Part shown: piece by piece, positions 1 to 7,980 of the stretch
How positions within the stretch are numbered: the first letter of the stretch is position 1
Layout of the letters: each line of letters starts with the position of its first letter
Source: Pasteurella multocida
Lineage (GTDB): Bacteria; Pseudomonadota; Gammaproteobacteria; Enterobacterales; Pasteurellaceae
Length of the DNA stretch: 32,000 nt
Direction: 5' to 3'
Assembly (NCBI RefSeq): GCF_900187275.1
Contig: NZ_LT906458.1
Location: 1,500,001 to 1,532,000, forward strand
Notes under the pieces: generated by a model
The model's database searches: none
What the model saw: only the letters and a program-made list of their open reading frames with translations
Told to the model about the DNA's origin: nothing
Program-made: the position numbers and the translations under genes

Positions 1-24
1 GTGCAGGGTGATTTTTTGTTGCAT
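1..24 (-). CDS. 5' end (8 codons, MQQKITLH...) of a CDS that runs off the left edge. It may be a second HMA-domain protein or a CopA-type ATPase.
   Basis: ATG at 22-24 on the minus strand, with a GAGGAG Shine-Dalgarno at 30-35, 5 nt upstream. The MxxKITL start resembles the first strand of the neighbouring HMA protein (MQTVTLNIEGMHCGGC). Only 8 codons are visible, so the product is inference. Confidence 0.3.
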
Positions 25-111
25 ATCCGCTCCTCTAACAGTGCGGTCGTTTTTCAATAAGAATAATAAAAAGGACCGAGTAAAACGTTCACTTGCGTGC
101 TCTCATGCAAC

Positions 112-141
112 GCAAATAGCAAAGGTGAGCTAAGCTCACCC
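112..141 (-). terminator. Intrinsic terminator-like hairpin downstream of the HMA gene
   Basis: GGTGAGC (124-130) pairs with GCTCACC (134-140), giving a 7-bp stem and 3-nt loop. On the minus strand it is followed by UUUGCUAUUU. Confidence 0.5.
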
Positions 142-163
142 TGAAACGCCATCACATCAATGG

Positions 164-376
164 TTAAATAGGTTGTACATCAAAACCTGCATTTTCCACC
201 ACATCAATTAACTGAGCAATGGACACGCGATTGGTGTCATATTGAATTGTGACACAAGCGTGCTCTAAATTCACGTCCACTTGTGTTACGCCGTCTAACC
301 CATTCAATACACGCTCTACGGTTTTGACACAACCACCACAGTGCATCCCCTCAATATTCAGTGTCACAGTTTGCAT
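164..376 (-). CDS. Heavy-metal-associated (HMA) domain protein, CopZ-like copper chaperone
   Basis: 70-aa ORF with the GMHCGGC metal-binding motif (MxCxxC) at residues 10-16 and a ferredoxin-like HMA layout. GGAGGAAG SD lies upstream of the ATG. Confidence 0.85.
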   Translation of the reverse strand: MQTVTLNIEGMHCGGCVKTVERVLNGLDGVTQVDVNLEHACVTIQYDTNRVSIAQLIDVVENAGFDVQPI

Positions 377-460
377 GAGGTCTTCCTCCTTGTTTTTATG
401 TTAGCAAATTGAATAACAAAACGGCTTTAACAATGACCACACTGTGCTTACACAGCAATG

Positions 461-931
461 TTATTGAAAAAGTTTCATGAATTTATCACCAAAGAAAAAA
501 ATAATTAACCCAATACCAACAATCACTATCCCAATAAACTTGAACAAGTTCACTTCGCGCACTGGCATATGAATCAGACCATAATGGTCAATCACCATCG
601 CCGCAATTAATTGACCCACAATAATAAAAAACAACATATTGGTAATGCCCATTTTGGGAGAAAGTAAAATCGTGGTAAAGACGACTAATGCGCCTAACGC
701 ACCGCCAATATATTTCCACCAAGCATGTTGTGTTGCGCTAGAAAGATGACCAATTAAATCCGTTTTTAATAACGAAATCACCAGCAATAATAAGGTACCT
801 GTCCCAAAAGAAATAAAAGTAGCAACCAAAGGCTCATTGCCCATGGCTTTGGCAAGCTGTGAATTTATCGCCGCTTGAGAAGCTAAGGCAACCCCCGCTA
901 CCAGTGCAATAATAGTATAAAAAACAAACAT
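461..931 (-). CDS. ydcZ: DMT-superfamily inner membrane protein, YdcZ/DUF606 family
   Basis: 156-aa polytopic membrane ORF. The N-terminus (ALVAGVALASQAAINSQLAKAMG) matches the YdcZ family signature as I recall it. Confidence 0.7.
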   Translation of the reverse strand: MFVFYTIIALVAGVALASQAAINSQLAKAMGNEPLVATFISFGTGTLLLLVISLLKTDLIGHLSSATQHAWWKYIGGALGALVVFTTILLSPKMGITNMLFFIIVGQLIAAMVIDHYGLIHMPVREVNLFKFIGIVIVGIGLIIFFFGDKFMKLFQ

Positions 932-1009
932 AACTCACCTAAAAAATCAAAATGTGTCTTATTGTAACGAGATTATAGGGGAGTGCAAACGTTTAATCAG
1001 TAAACAAAC

Positions 1010-1037
1010 TTGCATTCTGCTGTGAAATCCGTATGAT
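1010..1037 (+). promoter_or_regulatory. Candidate sigma70 promoter of yhhQ
   Basis: TTGCAT (1010-1015), 16-nt spacer, TATGAT (1032-1037). This would give a leader of about 75 nt containing the riboswitch-like element. Hexamer match only. Confidence 0.4.
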
Positions 1038-1075
1038 CAGCCCCTCGCCAATGGCGAAAGACAATCAATTTTCTG

Positions 1076-1114
1076 TATTGGGTTCCCTCACCCCAAATTT
1101 CAATTAAAAAGGTG
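1076..1114 (+). promoter_or_regulatory. preQ1-I riboswitch-like aptamer overlapping the yhhQ Shine-Dalgarno
   Basis: UUGGGUUCCCUCACCCCAAAUUUCAAUUAAAAAGG aligns with the T. tengcongensis preQ1-I aptamer CUGGGUCGCAGUAACCCCAGUUAACAAAACAAGG. P1 is 1078-1082 paired with 1092-1096. A C-rich loop and an A-rich tail end in AAGG(UG) at 1109-1114, about 6-8 nt before the ATG at 1120. The downstream gene is the preQ0/preQ1 transporter. Confidence 0.65.
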
Positions 1115-1119
1115 CAACA

Positions 1120-1827
1120 ATGAAAAATACATTTTCGATCTTTAATGATCAACAAACACGTCGTGCGTTAATCCTCTTGAGCTTTTTTCATATTCTGACT
1201 ATCGCCGCCAGTAACTATTTGGTACAGATTCCCTTTGAAATCACGCTTCCACTGAGTCAGCTCGGTACACGTGAAGATTTTAGTTTTCACAGTACTTGGG
1301 GCACATTGACCTTTCCTTTTATTTTCTTAGCCACTGATTTAACTGTACGTATTTTTGGTGCAAAAGAAGCACGCTGGATTATTTTTGTGGTCATGATCCC
1401 CGCATTAGTGATAAGTTATGTGATTTCTACCCTGTTCCAAGATACACAATATCAAGGTCTAAATGCATTAGCGCATTTTAATACTTTTGTCTTCCGTATT
1501 GCGGTTGCCAGTTTCTTTGCTTATGTTTTTGGTCAACTCTTAGACGTGTTAGTCTTTAACCGTTTACGCCAATTAAAAACTTGGTGGATTGCTCCAAGTA
1601 GTTCCATGATTTTTGGTTCCATGGCAGACACATTCCTCTTCTTTGCAATCGCATTTTATGCCAGCAGTGACCCGTTTATGGCGGAGCATTGGGCGGCATT
1701 AGGCTTTGTGGATTATTTATTTAAACTGTTTGTTGGCATCATCTTATTTGTACCGGCTTACGGTGTGGTGCTCAATTTTATTTTACGTAAAATCCAAGCG
1801 CTCAATGCACAGCCACAAGTTGCTTAA
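1120..1827 (+). CDS. yhhQ: Queuosine precursor (preQ0/preQ1) transporter YhhQ
   Basis: 235 aa, collinear with E. coli YhhQ (SNYLVQ.P, TWG..FPFIFLATDLTVRIFG, VFNRLRQ, AFMAEHW). Confidence 0.92.
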   Translation: MKNTFSIFNDQQTRRALILLSFFHILTIAASNYLVQIPFEITLPLSQLGTREDFSFHSTWGTLTFPFIFLATDLTVRIFGAKEARWIIFVVMIPALVISYVISTLFQDTQYQGLNALAHFNTFVFRIAVASFFAYVFGQLLDVLVFNRLRQLKTWWIAPSSSMIFGSMADTFLFFAIAFYASSDPFMAEHWAALGFVDYLFKLFVGIILFVPAYGVVLNFILRKIQALNAQPQVA

Positions 1828-1837
1828 CTTGGAGTAT

Positions 1838-1867
1838 AAAAAATGCCACAACGATTGTGGCATTTTT
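1838..1867. terminator. Bidirectional intrinsic terminator between yhhQ and cpxA
   Basis: A6 run, then ATGCCACAA, loop CGA, TTGTGGCAT (9-bp stem), then T5 run. It lies between convergent genes. Confidence 0.8.
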
Positions 1868-1881
1868 CTAACACGCTAAAT

Positions 1882-3285
1882 TTAACTGGTAATCCAAAGC
1901 GGAATACATAAAGTGACACAAAGTCCCCCAAGCTGACTAGCATTTGCCCACACCGCACCGTGATGCTCTTTAACGACGTTAGCAACAATGGCTAAACCTA
2001 ATCCCGTTCCTCCGGTTTCGCGGGTTCTGGTTTCATCTACACGGTAAAACGGTTGGAAAATTTTCTCGTATTCTGCCTCATCTAAGCCGTGACCATTATC
2101 ATCAATCACAATCATCAATTCTTGACGTTTTAAGAAAATCGACACCCTGATTTCACTTTGGGTATATTTCAATGCATTTCGAACAATATTTTCGATCGCA
2201 CTGACCAAAAGTGCTTTATTACCATTCACATAGTATCGAGCAGGCTGAGTAATATTCTGTCTTACAACAAAATTCAATTTACGGTGTTTTGCCTCAAATA
2301 TTGCATCATCAAGCACCTCTTCCCATAATTCATTAATCGGAAAAATCTCACGTGAAACATGACTATGCAACTGCTGTCTTGATAACAATAAAAGATCGTT
2401 AATCATTTTATCTAAACGGCGTGCCTCAATTTCAATACGATGAATTTCGGTATTATCTTCTCCAAACCTACGGCGTAATAACCCCAAGGCTAATTGCAAA
2501 CGGGTCAGTGGTGTACGTAATTCGTGAGAAATCGAAGACAGTAACACTTGTTGGCTCGAGAGTAATTCTTCCAAAGACTCCGTCATTTGGTTAAAACTTT
2601 GCCCTACTTGACGTAATTCTAACGAGCCTTTGGTTTCAAGATCTTTATTAATTTTAAAGTCCCCTAAAGCGACTGCCTTTGCCGACATTTGCAAGTTTCG
2701 AATAGGTTTACCAATACTGCGCGCAAGCCACCACAATAACGGGGTTGACACCAAAATAATCAAACCGACTAATAAAGCGGGGTTAGCAAAGACAAAGCTC
2801 ATAATTTCCTTCTGCGCATTCACTCTATCAATAAAATAAAGTGTATAAGATTTATTGGCTTCCCCGCCTAAATGTATTGAAAAAGGACCAACGATACGAA
2901 CATCCCCAAACACTTTTTTCAAAGGTCTTGTGGGATCTGAAGAAGAAAACATAAATTGAGTTAATAAAGGGATTTCTGTCGCCGTCGCCCCTAAAATACT
3001 GCTGTCATCGACATCATCGACTAACACAGGGCGAATACCGTCAAACCGTTCTGCGTGAGAGAGAGGCACACCAGCTAAAATACGTGCAATTTGGTTATGA
3101 CGAATAGAAGTGATAATTTCTTGCTGATAAGCAGATAGCTCTTTCTCGCTTAATTCAGAATAAATGCGAGAATCAAAATAAGGGATAGAAAAAATCAGAA
3201 TGGAAAGTAGCGAAAACGTTAACCAGAAAAAAGCAAAAATTCGGAATGAAATAGTATTAAAAAAACTTTCTTTCGCAAATGGCAT
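1882..3285 (-). CDS. cpxA: Envelope-stress sensor histidine kinase CpxA
   Basis: Collinear with E. coli CpxA (RIFAFFWLT, SISHELRTPLTRLQLA, ENIVRNALKY, GGTGLGLAIV). I prefer the ATG at 3283-3285 (MPFAKE...), which has a GAGGG SD, over the ORF-track start at 3303. Confidence 0.92.
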   Translation of the reverse strand: MPFAKESFFNTISFRIFAFFWLTFSLLSILIFSIPYFDSRIYSELSEKELSAYQQEIITSIRHNQIARILAGVPLSHAERFDGIRPVLVDDVDDSSILGATATEIPLLTQFMFSSSDPTRPLKKVFGDVRIVGPFSIHLGGEANKSYTLYFIDRVNAQKEIMSFVFANPALLVGLIILVSTPLLWWLARSIGKPIRNLQMSAKAVALGDFKINKDLETKGSLELRQVGQSFNQMTESLEELLSSQQVLLSSISHELRTPLTRLQLALGLLRRRFGEDNTEIHRIEIEARRLDKMINDLLLLSRQQLHSHVSREIFPINELWEEVLDDAIFEAKHRKLNFVVRQNITQPARYYVNGNKALLVSAIENIVRNALKYTQSEIRVSIFLKRQELMIVIDDNGHGLDEAEYEKIFQPFYRVDETRTRETGGTGLGLAIVANVVKEHHGAVWANASQLGGLCVTLCIPLWITS

Positions 3286-3301
3286 AGTTGCCCTCAAACA
3301 C

Positions 3302-3328
3302 AAGGCTATTATGCATGATAATAGCCTT
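3302..3328 (-). promoter_or_regulatory. Perfect 10-bp hairpin in the cpxR-cpxA intercistronic region
   Basis: AAGGCTATTA (3302-3311) pairs with TAATAGCCTT (3319-3328), with a 7-nt loop. No U-run follows on the mRNA strand, and it sits just 5' of the cpxA SD. Confidence 0.5.
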
Positions 3329-3339
3329 TATCATCACTG

Positions 3340-4041
3340 TTATTTTTCTGACACTAACAAATAACCTCGTCCACGTAAGGTTTTAAACCAAGGAGACCCA
3401 TCCGTACGCGGTGGAAGTTTCTTACGTAAATTTGACATATGCATATCAATAGCACGGTCAAATGGGGTTAATTGTTTACCTAAAATTTCAATACTTAACG
3501 ACTCTCTGGAAAGAATTTGACCGGGATTTAAGACCAATTTTTGTAATAGTGCAAATTCTGTTCCTGTTAATTCTAAATCTTTATCATGGTGAAATGCCTG
3601 TTGTCGACCGGGATAAAGTGTAATATCGCAAAATACAAATTCGCTACGATTTTCTTTCACTTCTGTATTTAATGTGGCTGCCGGCTGTGTACGACGTAAA
3701 ATCGCTTTAATACGCGCTACAAGCTCGCGATCATTAAACGGTTTTGGAATGTAATCATCTGCCCCAAGTTCGAGACCGAGAATACGATCAATATCATCAC
3801 CACGTGCAGTTAACATGATCACGGGTACAGAAAATTCCTGACGAATTTTCTTTAACGTCTCAACCCCATTGAGGACAGGCATCATAATATCCAACAAAAC
3901 TAAATCATAACTCAGATCTAATTTTTGTAATGCTTGTAAGCCATTATTTGCCATATCAATCTCAAAGCCTTCCAATGTTAATAACTCAGCAAGAAGCTCT
4001 ATTAATTCAACATCATCATCAACTAATAAAATCTTAGGCAT
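3340..4041 (-). CDS. cpxR: OmpR-family response regulator CpxR
   Basis: Very close to E. coli CpxR (KILLVDDD, PVIMLTARG, LGADDYLPKPFNDRELVARI, TPFDRAIDMH.SNLR.KL, PWFKTLRGRGYL). ATG at 4039-4041 has a GAGGAG SD 7 nt upstream. The ORF-track GTG start lies inside that SD. Confidence 0.95.
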   Translation of the reverse strand: MPKILLVDDDVELIELLAELLTLEGFEIDMANNGLQALQKLDLSYDLVLLDIMMPVLNGVETLKKIRQEFSVPVIMLTARGDDIDRILGLELGADDYIPKPFNDRELVARIKAILRRTQPAATLNTEVKENRSEFVFCDITLYPGRQQAFHHDKDLELTGTEFALLQKLVLNPGQILSRESLSIEILGKQLTPFDRAIDMHMSNLRKKLPPRTDGSPWFKTLRGRGYLLVSEK

Positions 4042-4105
4042 ACAGACTCTCCTCACATTTGATTAAAAAGAAAACGCGATAAACAACAGCGCGACAAATT
4101 ATTTG

Positions 4106-4519
4106 CTATTGCCAAAATTTCCACCAGCTTTTTGAGGCACTCTTCTCCGCATGAATCACTGCATTGTTAATTGCAGGCTTACTTTCATCTGGTAAAGGTT
4201 TATCTAGGTCAAAACTGGTGACAATGCCGCGCTGATCAAAATTGACGACTAACGTATGTTGTTCTGGTTTTTGATAGGCTTTTTGTTGTAAGAACACATA
4301 ATACCATTTGCTTTGATCAAAAGGTTCAACTAATACCGGAGTGCCAAGTAAATATTGGACTTGCGCCGCATTCATACCAACTTGTAATTGCTTAACTGTC
4401 GCTGCTTCAAGATAGTTGCCTTGCGGGACATCAATACGATACACAAGCTTATCTACAGTTGAACAAGCGGTTACACTTAAAGCAAGAACAATGGCACTGA
4501 TCATGGATTTTAATTGCAT
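4106..4519 (-). CDS. bamE: Outer membrane protein assembly factor BamE (SmpA/OmlA lipoprotein)
   Basis: Lipobox LSVTAC followed by VYRIDVPQGNYL...QVGM...VQYLLGTP, as in E. coli BamE. The ATG at 4517-4519 is the probable start. The ORF-track GTG is at 4540. Confidence 0.88.
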   Translation of the reverse strand: MQLKSMISAIVLALSVTACSTVDKLVYRIDVPQGNYLEAATVKQLQVGMNAAQVQYLLGTPVLVEPFDQSKWYYVFLQQKAYQKPEQHTLVVNFDQRGIVTSFDLDKPLPDESKPAINNAVIHAEKSASKSWWKFWQ

Positions 4520-4585
4520 AATTTTTACCTTTTTATACACTGCAAATGATTGATGATGATACAGAAACTTTGCCCGATTGCCAAA

Positions 4586-5602
4586 TCAATTCTGACCTTT
4601 CAATTGTCGTTGTAATTGATCACGCAAGTTAGGTGGCAATCCCTGAATGGTTAAGCTATCCGTCGCTTCATCCCAAAAAACGCGTTGATTGATGAGCTCC
4701 GCATCAAAGCTCAAGGTGATACCTTTCCCTGAACCCGAAAACTTGGTTAAGGTTTTTAATGCTGAACGTACAGGAGGAATATGTTCTGCTAACCCATACG
4801 CTTGTTCTGCTGCGAAGCTCGCAAACGCCTGCTCGTTTAGAGTTGGCATCGTGGCAGAAAGTTCCGTTAATGCAATTTCTTCCCCTACATTCATTTGTCC
4901 TTTACAGTATTCAAACACTTGTTTTTTCACGGCTTGTGATTGTTCTTTGCTTAAATCGGCTTGCGCACAATAATCACTGACCGCTTGCAATAAGCATTGA
5001 TTTTGGACTTGTGGATTGAGCCCTTCCTCTGCCCCTAAAAAATCCATGAAGAAATCCCCAATTTTACGCCCAACACGCCCCTTCACGAAGGTTAAATACC
5101 GATCCGATTTAGCATCTAAACTTAATTCCGTCAAATTCAGACGTGCTGCAATATCAAACTGACTGATCTCCAAATATTTGGTGCGATGAATCTCTAACTG
5201 TTCATCCACTAACATACTGGCACGACTGTCTAGTAATGCAATAAATAAATAGTCAGTAGCAAGAAAGTTATAACGACATAGCACTAAAGTACCTTCGTCG
5301 GCAAAAGGATATCGGCTTAGTTCATTAACTAAAAGTGCGGTCGCTTTTTGGCTAAAATCGAGGAATTCACTTTCGTGCTCTAAAAAACGGTTTAAATCTT
5401 GTGCAAAAAGGGAGTTTTCGTTAAACACGGCATAGGCTTTACTCTTATTTTGATAAGCTTGATGTAATTGCAACATCATTTGCTCAACTTCTGGGGTAAT
5501 CGTCAGCAAACGCTCACGCAACATCGTGTTTAATTTCATCGCATCGCCTTCAATCGATTTCGTAATTTGATGAAGGACAATCTCATTCACATTGATACTC
5601 AT
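4586..5602 (-). CDS. yejK: Nucleoid-associated protein YejK (NdpA)
   Basis: 338 aa, collinear with E. coli YejK ([38 protein letters not shown]). Confidence 0.93.
   Translation of the reverse strand: MSINVNEIVLHQITKSIEGDAMKLNTMLRERLLTITPEVEQMMLQLHQAYQNKSKAYAVFNENSLFAQDLNRFLEHESEFLDFSQKATALLVNELSRYPFADEGTLVLCRYNFLATDYLFIALLDSRASMLVDEQLEIHRTKYLEISQFDIAARLNLTELSLDAKSDRYLTFVKGRVGRKIGDFFMDFLGAEEGLNPQVQNQCLLQAVSDYCAQADLSKEQSQAVKKQVFEYCKGQMNVGEEIALTELSATMPTLNEQAFASFAAEQAYGLAEHIPPVRSALKTLTKFSGSGKGITLSFDAELINQRVFWDEATDSLTIQGLPPNLRDQLQRQLKGQN
5333..5341 (+). repeat. Hin-type DNA uptake signal sequence (AAGTGCGGT)
   Basis: Exact 9-mer, inside yejK. Confidence 0.9.
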
Positions 5603-5742
5603 GTTTAATCCGTTATTTTATTTAAAAAAATGTGCTCCATTATACCCCTACTTTTTTAATGATAAATAAGAAAAAATGCTGGGATATCCAAAATTATCGG
5701 TTATGATATAGCACAAATGTTCATTTCCCTATCTCAATAACC

Positions 5743-5967
5743 ATGGCAAAAAACTCAAAATATCAAGATAAACAAGTCGATGCGATCTTAAATGACATGA
5801 TCGCTGTATTAGAAAAACACCAAGCACCAGTTGACTTATCATTGGTTGTGCTCGGCAATATGGTCACCAATTTATTGGTCAGTAGCGTCGGAACCAATCA
5901 GCGTATTGCCTTGGCGAATGCCTTTTCAGAGGCGTTATTAAACTCCGTTAACAAGCAAAAATCGTAA
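5743..5967 (+). CDS. yejL: UPF0352 protein YejL
   Basis: 74 aa, divergent from yejK and immediately upstream of yejM as in E. coli. It has the family-typical N-terminus (SKYQDKQVDAILNDMIAVLEKH). Confidence 0.85.
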   Translation: MAKNSKYQDKQVDAILNDMIAVLEKHQAPVDLSLVVLGNMVTNLLVSSVGTNQRIALANAFSEALLNSVNKQKS

Positions 5968-5968
5968 G

Positions 5969-7708
5969 ATGTGGATAAAGACAAGCAAACAATATCGAGA
6001 AGAAACCTCACGCAAAATTTCGTGGGGGCACTGGTTTGCGTTTTTTAATATTTTATGGGCGATTATCCTTGGCGCGCGCTATGCCTTTATTATGGATTGG
6101 CCCGATACGCTCTTTGGTAAACTGTATTTTTTCATTAGCCTTCTCGGTCACTTCAGCTTTGTTGTCTTTGCACTTTATCTGCTGTTTATTTTTCCGTTGA
6201 GTTTTCTCATCAAAAATGACCGCACTTTTCGTGGCATCACCGTCATCCTCACCACAATTGGTGCCACACTCTTACTGGTCGATAGCGAAGTGTTTTCTCG
6301 CTTCAACTTGCACTTATCTACCGTTGTTTGGAATTTATTGGTCAATCCTGAGAATGGTGAGTTGTCACGGACTTGGCAAATTTTCTTTGCCCCAATGCCA
6401 CTGATTTTATTAGTACAAATGGTGTTTTCACGCTGGTCATGGCAAAAATTACGTAGCTTAGAACGTCAAAAATGGCTCAAAGGTGTGGGTGTTTTCTTTG
6501 TCTGTACTTTCATTGCAACGCATTTAATTTATGCTTGGGCAGACGCGTTTATTTACCGCCCGATTACAATGCAACGCTCTAACTTCCCACTGTCTTATCC
6601 AATGACGGCGCGTTCCTTCTTAGAAAAACATGGTTTCTTAGATAAACAAGAATATGATCAAATTATTGAGCAACAAGGGCGCCTAGATGCGTTAAAAATC
6701 AATTACCCAAAACAAAAGCTCACCTTTGCGACAAGCCAAACACCTAATATGGTACTGATTACTGTATCGGGTTTACGTCACGATGCCATTGATGAAAAAC
6801 ATATGCCGCACTTAACCGCTTTTGCTAACCAATCGACGCAATTTACGAATCATTATAGTAGTGGCAATGATAATAACACTGGCTTAACTGGACTCTTTTA
6901 TGGCTTAAGTGCACATTATGTGGACAGCTTATTAAGTAATAAAACTGCTTCGATTTTGGTGGAAAAACTCAAACAAGAACACTACGAACTGGGTTTGTTT
7001 TCCAGCACGCAATTTCACTCTAGCCTATTCCGCCAAGCGCTGTTCCCGACGCTCAGCCTTGCCACACGAAACACCAGTAACCAATTGGAAACCGCGCGCT
7101 TTAAAACTTGGTTTGCACAAATTAAAGACAAAAATACCCCCTTTGCAGCTTATTTAAGTTTAAATATCCGTCCAAACTTGGCGAAAGCGGACTATCAGTT
7201 GGAACTGGCTGAAATTGATCGGCTATTAGGGACGATTTTGCCTGAAATTGAATTAAATAAGACATTAGTGGTAATTACCGCGGAACATGGCTATCACTTC
7301 AAACCGCTAAACGCCAAAGCCTTATTGCATTACTTTGGGCGTGATGAAATTCAAGTACCAATGGTTATTCATTGGAAAGATTTACCTGCGGGAAAAGTCA
7401 GTAACCTAACCAGTCACATGGATTTACTACCCGCAGTGATGAAACATATTTTTCATGCACAAAATCCGATTTCTGACTACTCCCAAGGTCGCGATTTATT
7501 CCAACTGACACAGCCTGCTGATTGGGTGTTAGTATCGAACTATCGCTGGAATGTCATCATTACGCCTGATGGGACACAGTACCATATCGATAAGCGCGGG
7601 ACTTATCAGAAATACAATCAAGAGAATCAAAAAGAATCCTCTGATCAACCGCCACTTGGCTTGTTCTTAGAGGTCTTTAATCAAGAACGTTCATTTATTG
7701 AAAAATAA
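5969..7708 (+). CDS. yejM: Inner-membrane LPS-homeostasis protein YejM (PbgA/LapC), with a sulfatase-like periplasmic domain
   Basis: 579 aa with five N-terminal TM helices plus a C-terminal alkaline-phosphatase/sulfatase-like domain. The yejK/yejL/yejM synteny is conserved. Confidence 0.88.
   Translation: MWIKTSKQYREETSRKISWGHWFAFFNILWAIILGARYAFIMDWPDTLFGKLYFFISLLGHFSFVVFALYLLFIFPLSFLIKNDRTFRGITVILTTIGATLLLVDSEVFSRFNLHLSTVVWNLLVNPENGELSRTWQIFFAPMPLILLVQMVFSRWSWQKLRSLERQKWLKGVGVFFVCTFIATHLIYAWADAFIYRPITMQRSNFPLSYPMTARSFLEKHGFLDKQEYDQIIEQQGRLDALKINYPKQKLTFATSQTPNMVLITVSGLRHDAIDEKHMPHLTAFANQSTQFTNHYSSGNDNNTGLTGLFYGLSAHYVDSLLSNKTASILVEKLKQEHYELGLFSSTQFHSSLFRQALFPTLSLATRNTSNQLETARFKTWFAQIKDKNTPFAAYLSLNIRPNLAKADYQLELAEIDRLLGTILPEIELNKTLVVITAEHGYHFKPLNAKALLHYFGRDEIQVPMVIHWKDLPAGKVSNLTSHMDLLPAVMKHIFHAQNPISDYSQGRDLFQLTQPADWVLVSNYRWNVIITPDGTQYHIDKRGTYQKYNQENQKESSDQPPLGLFLEVFNQERSFIEK
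6219..6227 (-). repeat. Hin-type USS (ACCGCACTT on plus strand)
   Basis: Exact 9-mer, inside yejM. Confidence 0.9.
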
Positions 7709-7980
7709 CGAAAAATTGCACTAAAACCAATAGCCAAAACCAATTATATTTTTTAGGTTGAAGCCTTTATACTAGCCAGCAATTTTTTAGGATAGAAACA
7801 TAATGTTATTAATTAAAAATCAGAGAATTTTTCATAACATTGTTACCCCCCTCATCAATCGTCTTAACGCATTGAGCCCATATCTGTTTTTAATGAATAA
7901 CCGATCCTCATTTATTGGGGATTTTTTTATGTCTCGCCTTCCTCACTTACCTCTCACTTTTACGTCCTCACGGAGCGATT

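Noticed and set aside
93-115. TTGCGT-N11-ACGCAA dyad upstream of the left-edge gene as a MerR/CueR-type operator
   Set aside because: I could not place it between a -35 and a -10 with the 19-20 bp spacing characteristic of MerR-family promoters. It has no resemblance to the CueR box (CCTTCC...GGAAGG) that I recall. It may just be a small hairpin.
2630-2839. 69-aa plus-strand ORF inside cpxA
   Set aside because: It is antisense to a strongly supported CpxA coding region, has no SD, and has a low-complexity, biased composition. It is a shadow ORF.
4689-4980. Two overlapping plus-strand ORFs (94 and 73 aa) inside yejK
   Set aside because: They are antisense to the full-length YejK orthologue and have no homologue-like motifs. 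They are shadow ORFs.
7793-7820. dif / Xer-site-like sequence (GAAACATAA-TGTTAT-TAATTAAAAAT)
   Set aside because: Only the CATAA part of the XerC arm and 7 of 11 positions of the normally invariant XerD arm (TTATGTTAAAT) match. An AT-rich context makes such partial matches likely. No integrated element flanks it.
7846-7851. C6 homopolymer as a possible phase-variation tract
   Set aside because: It is too short, since contingency loci in Pasteurellaceae use roughly 9 or more mononucleotides or multiple tetranucleotide units. It is also not inside a coding region or a promoter spacer that I could define. I saw no tetranucleotide repeat arrays anywhere in the window.
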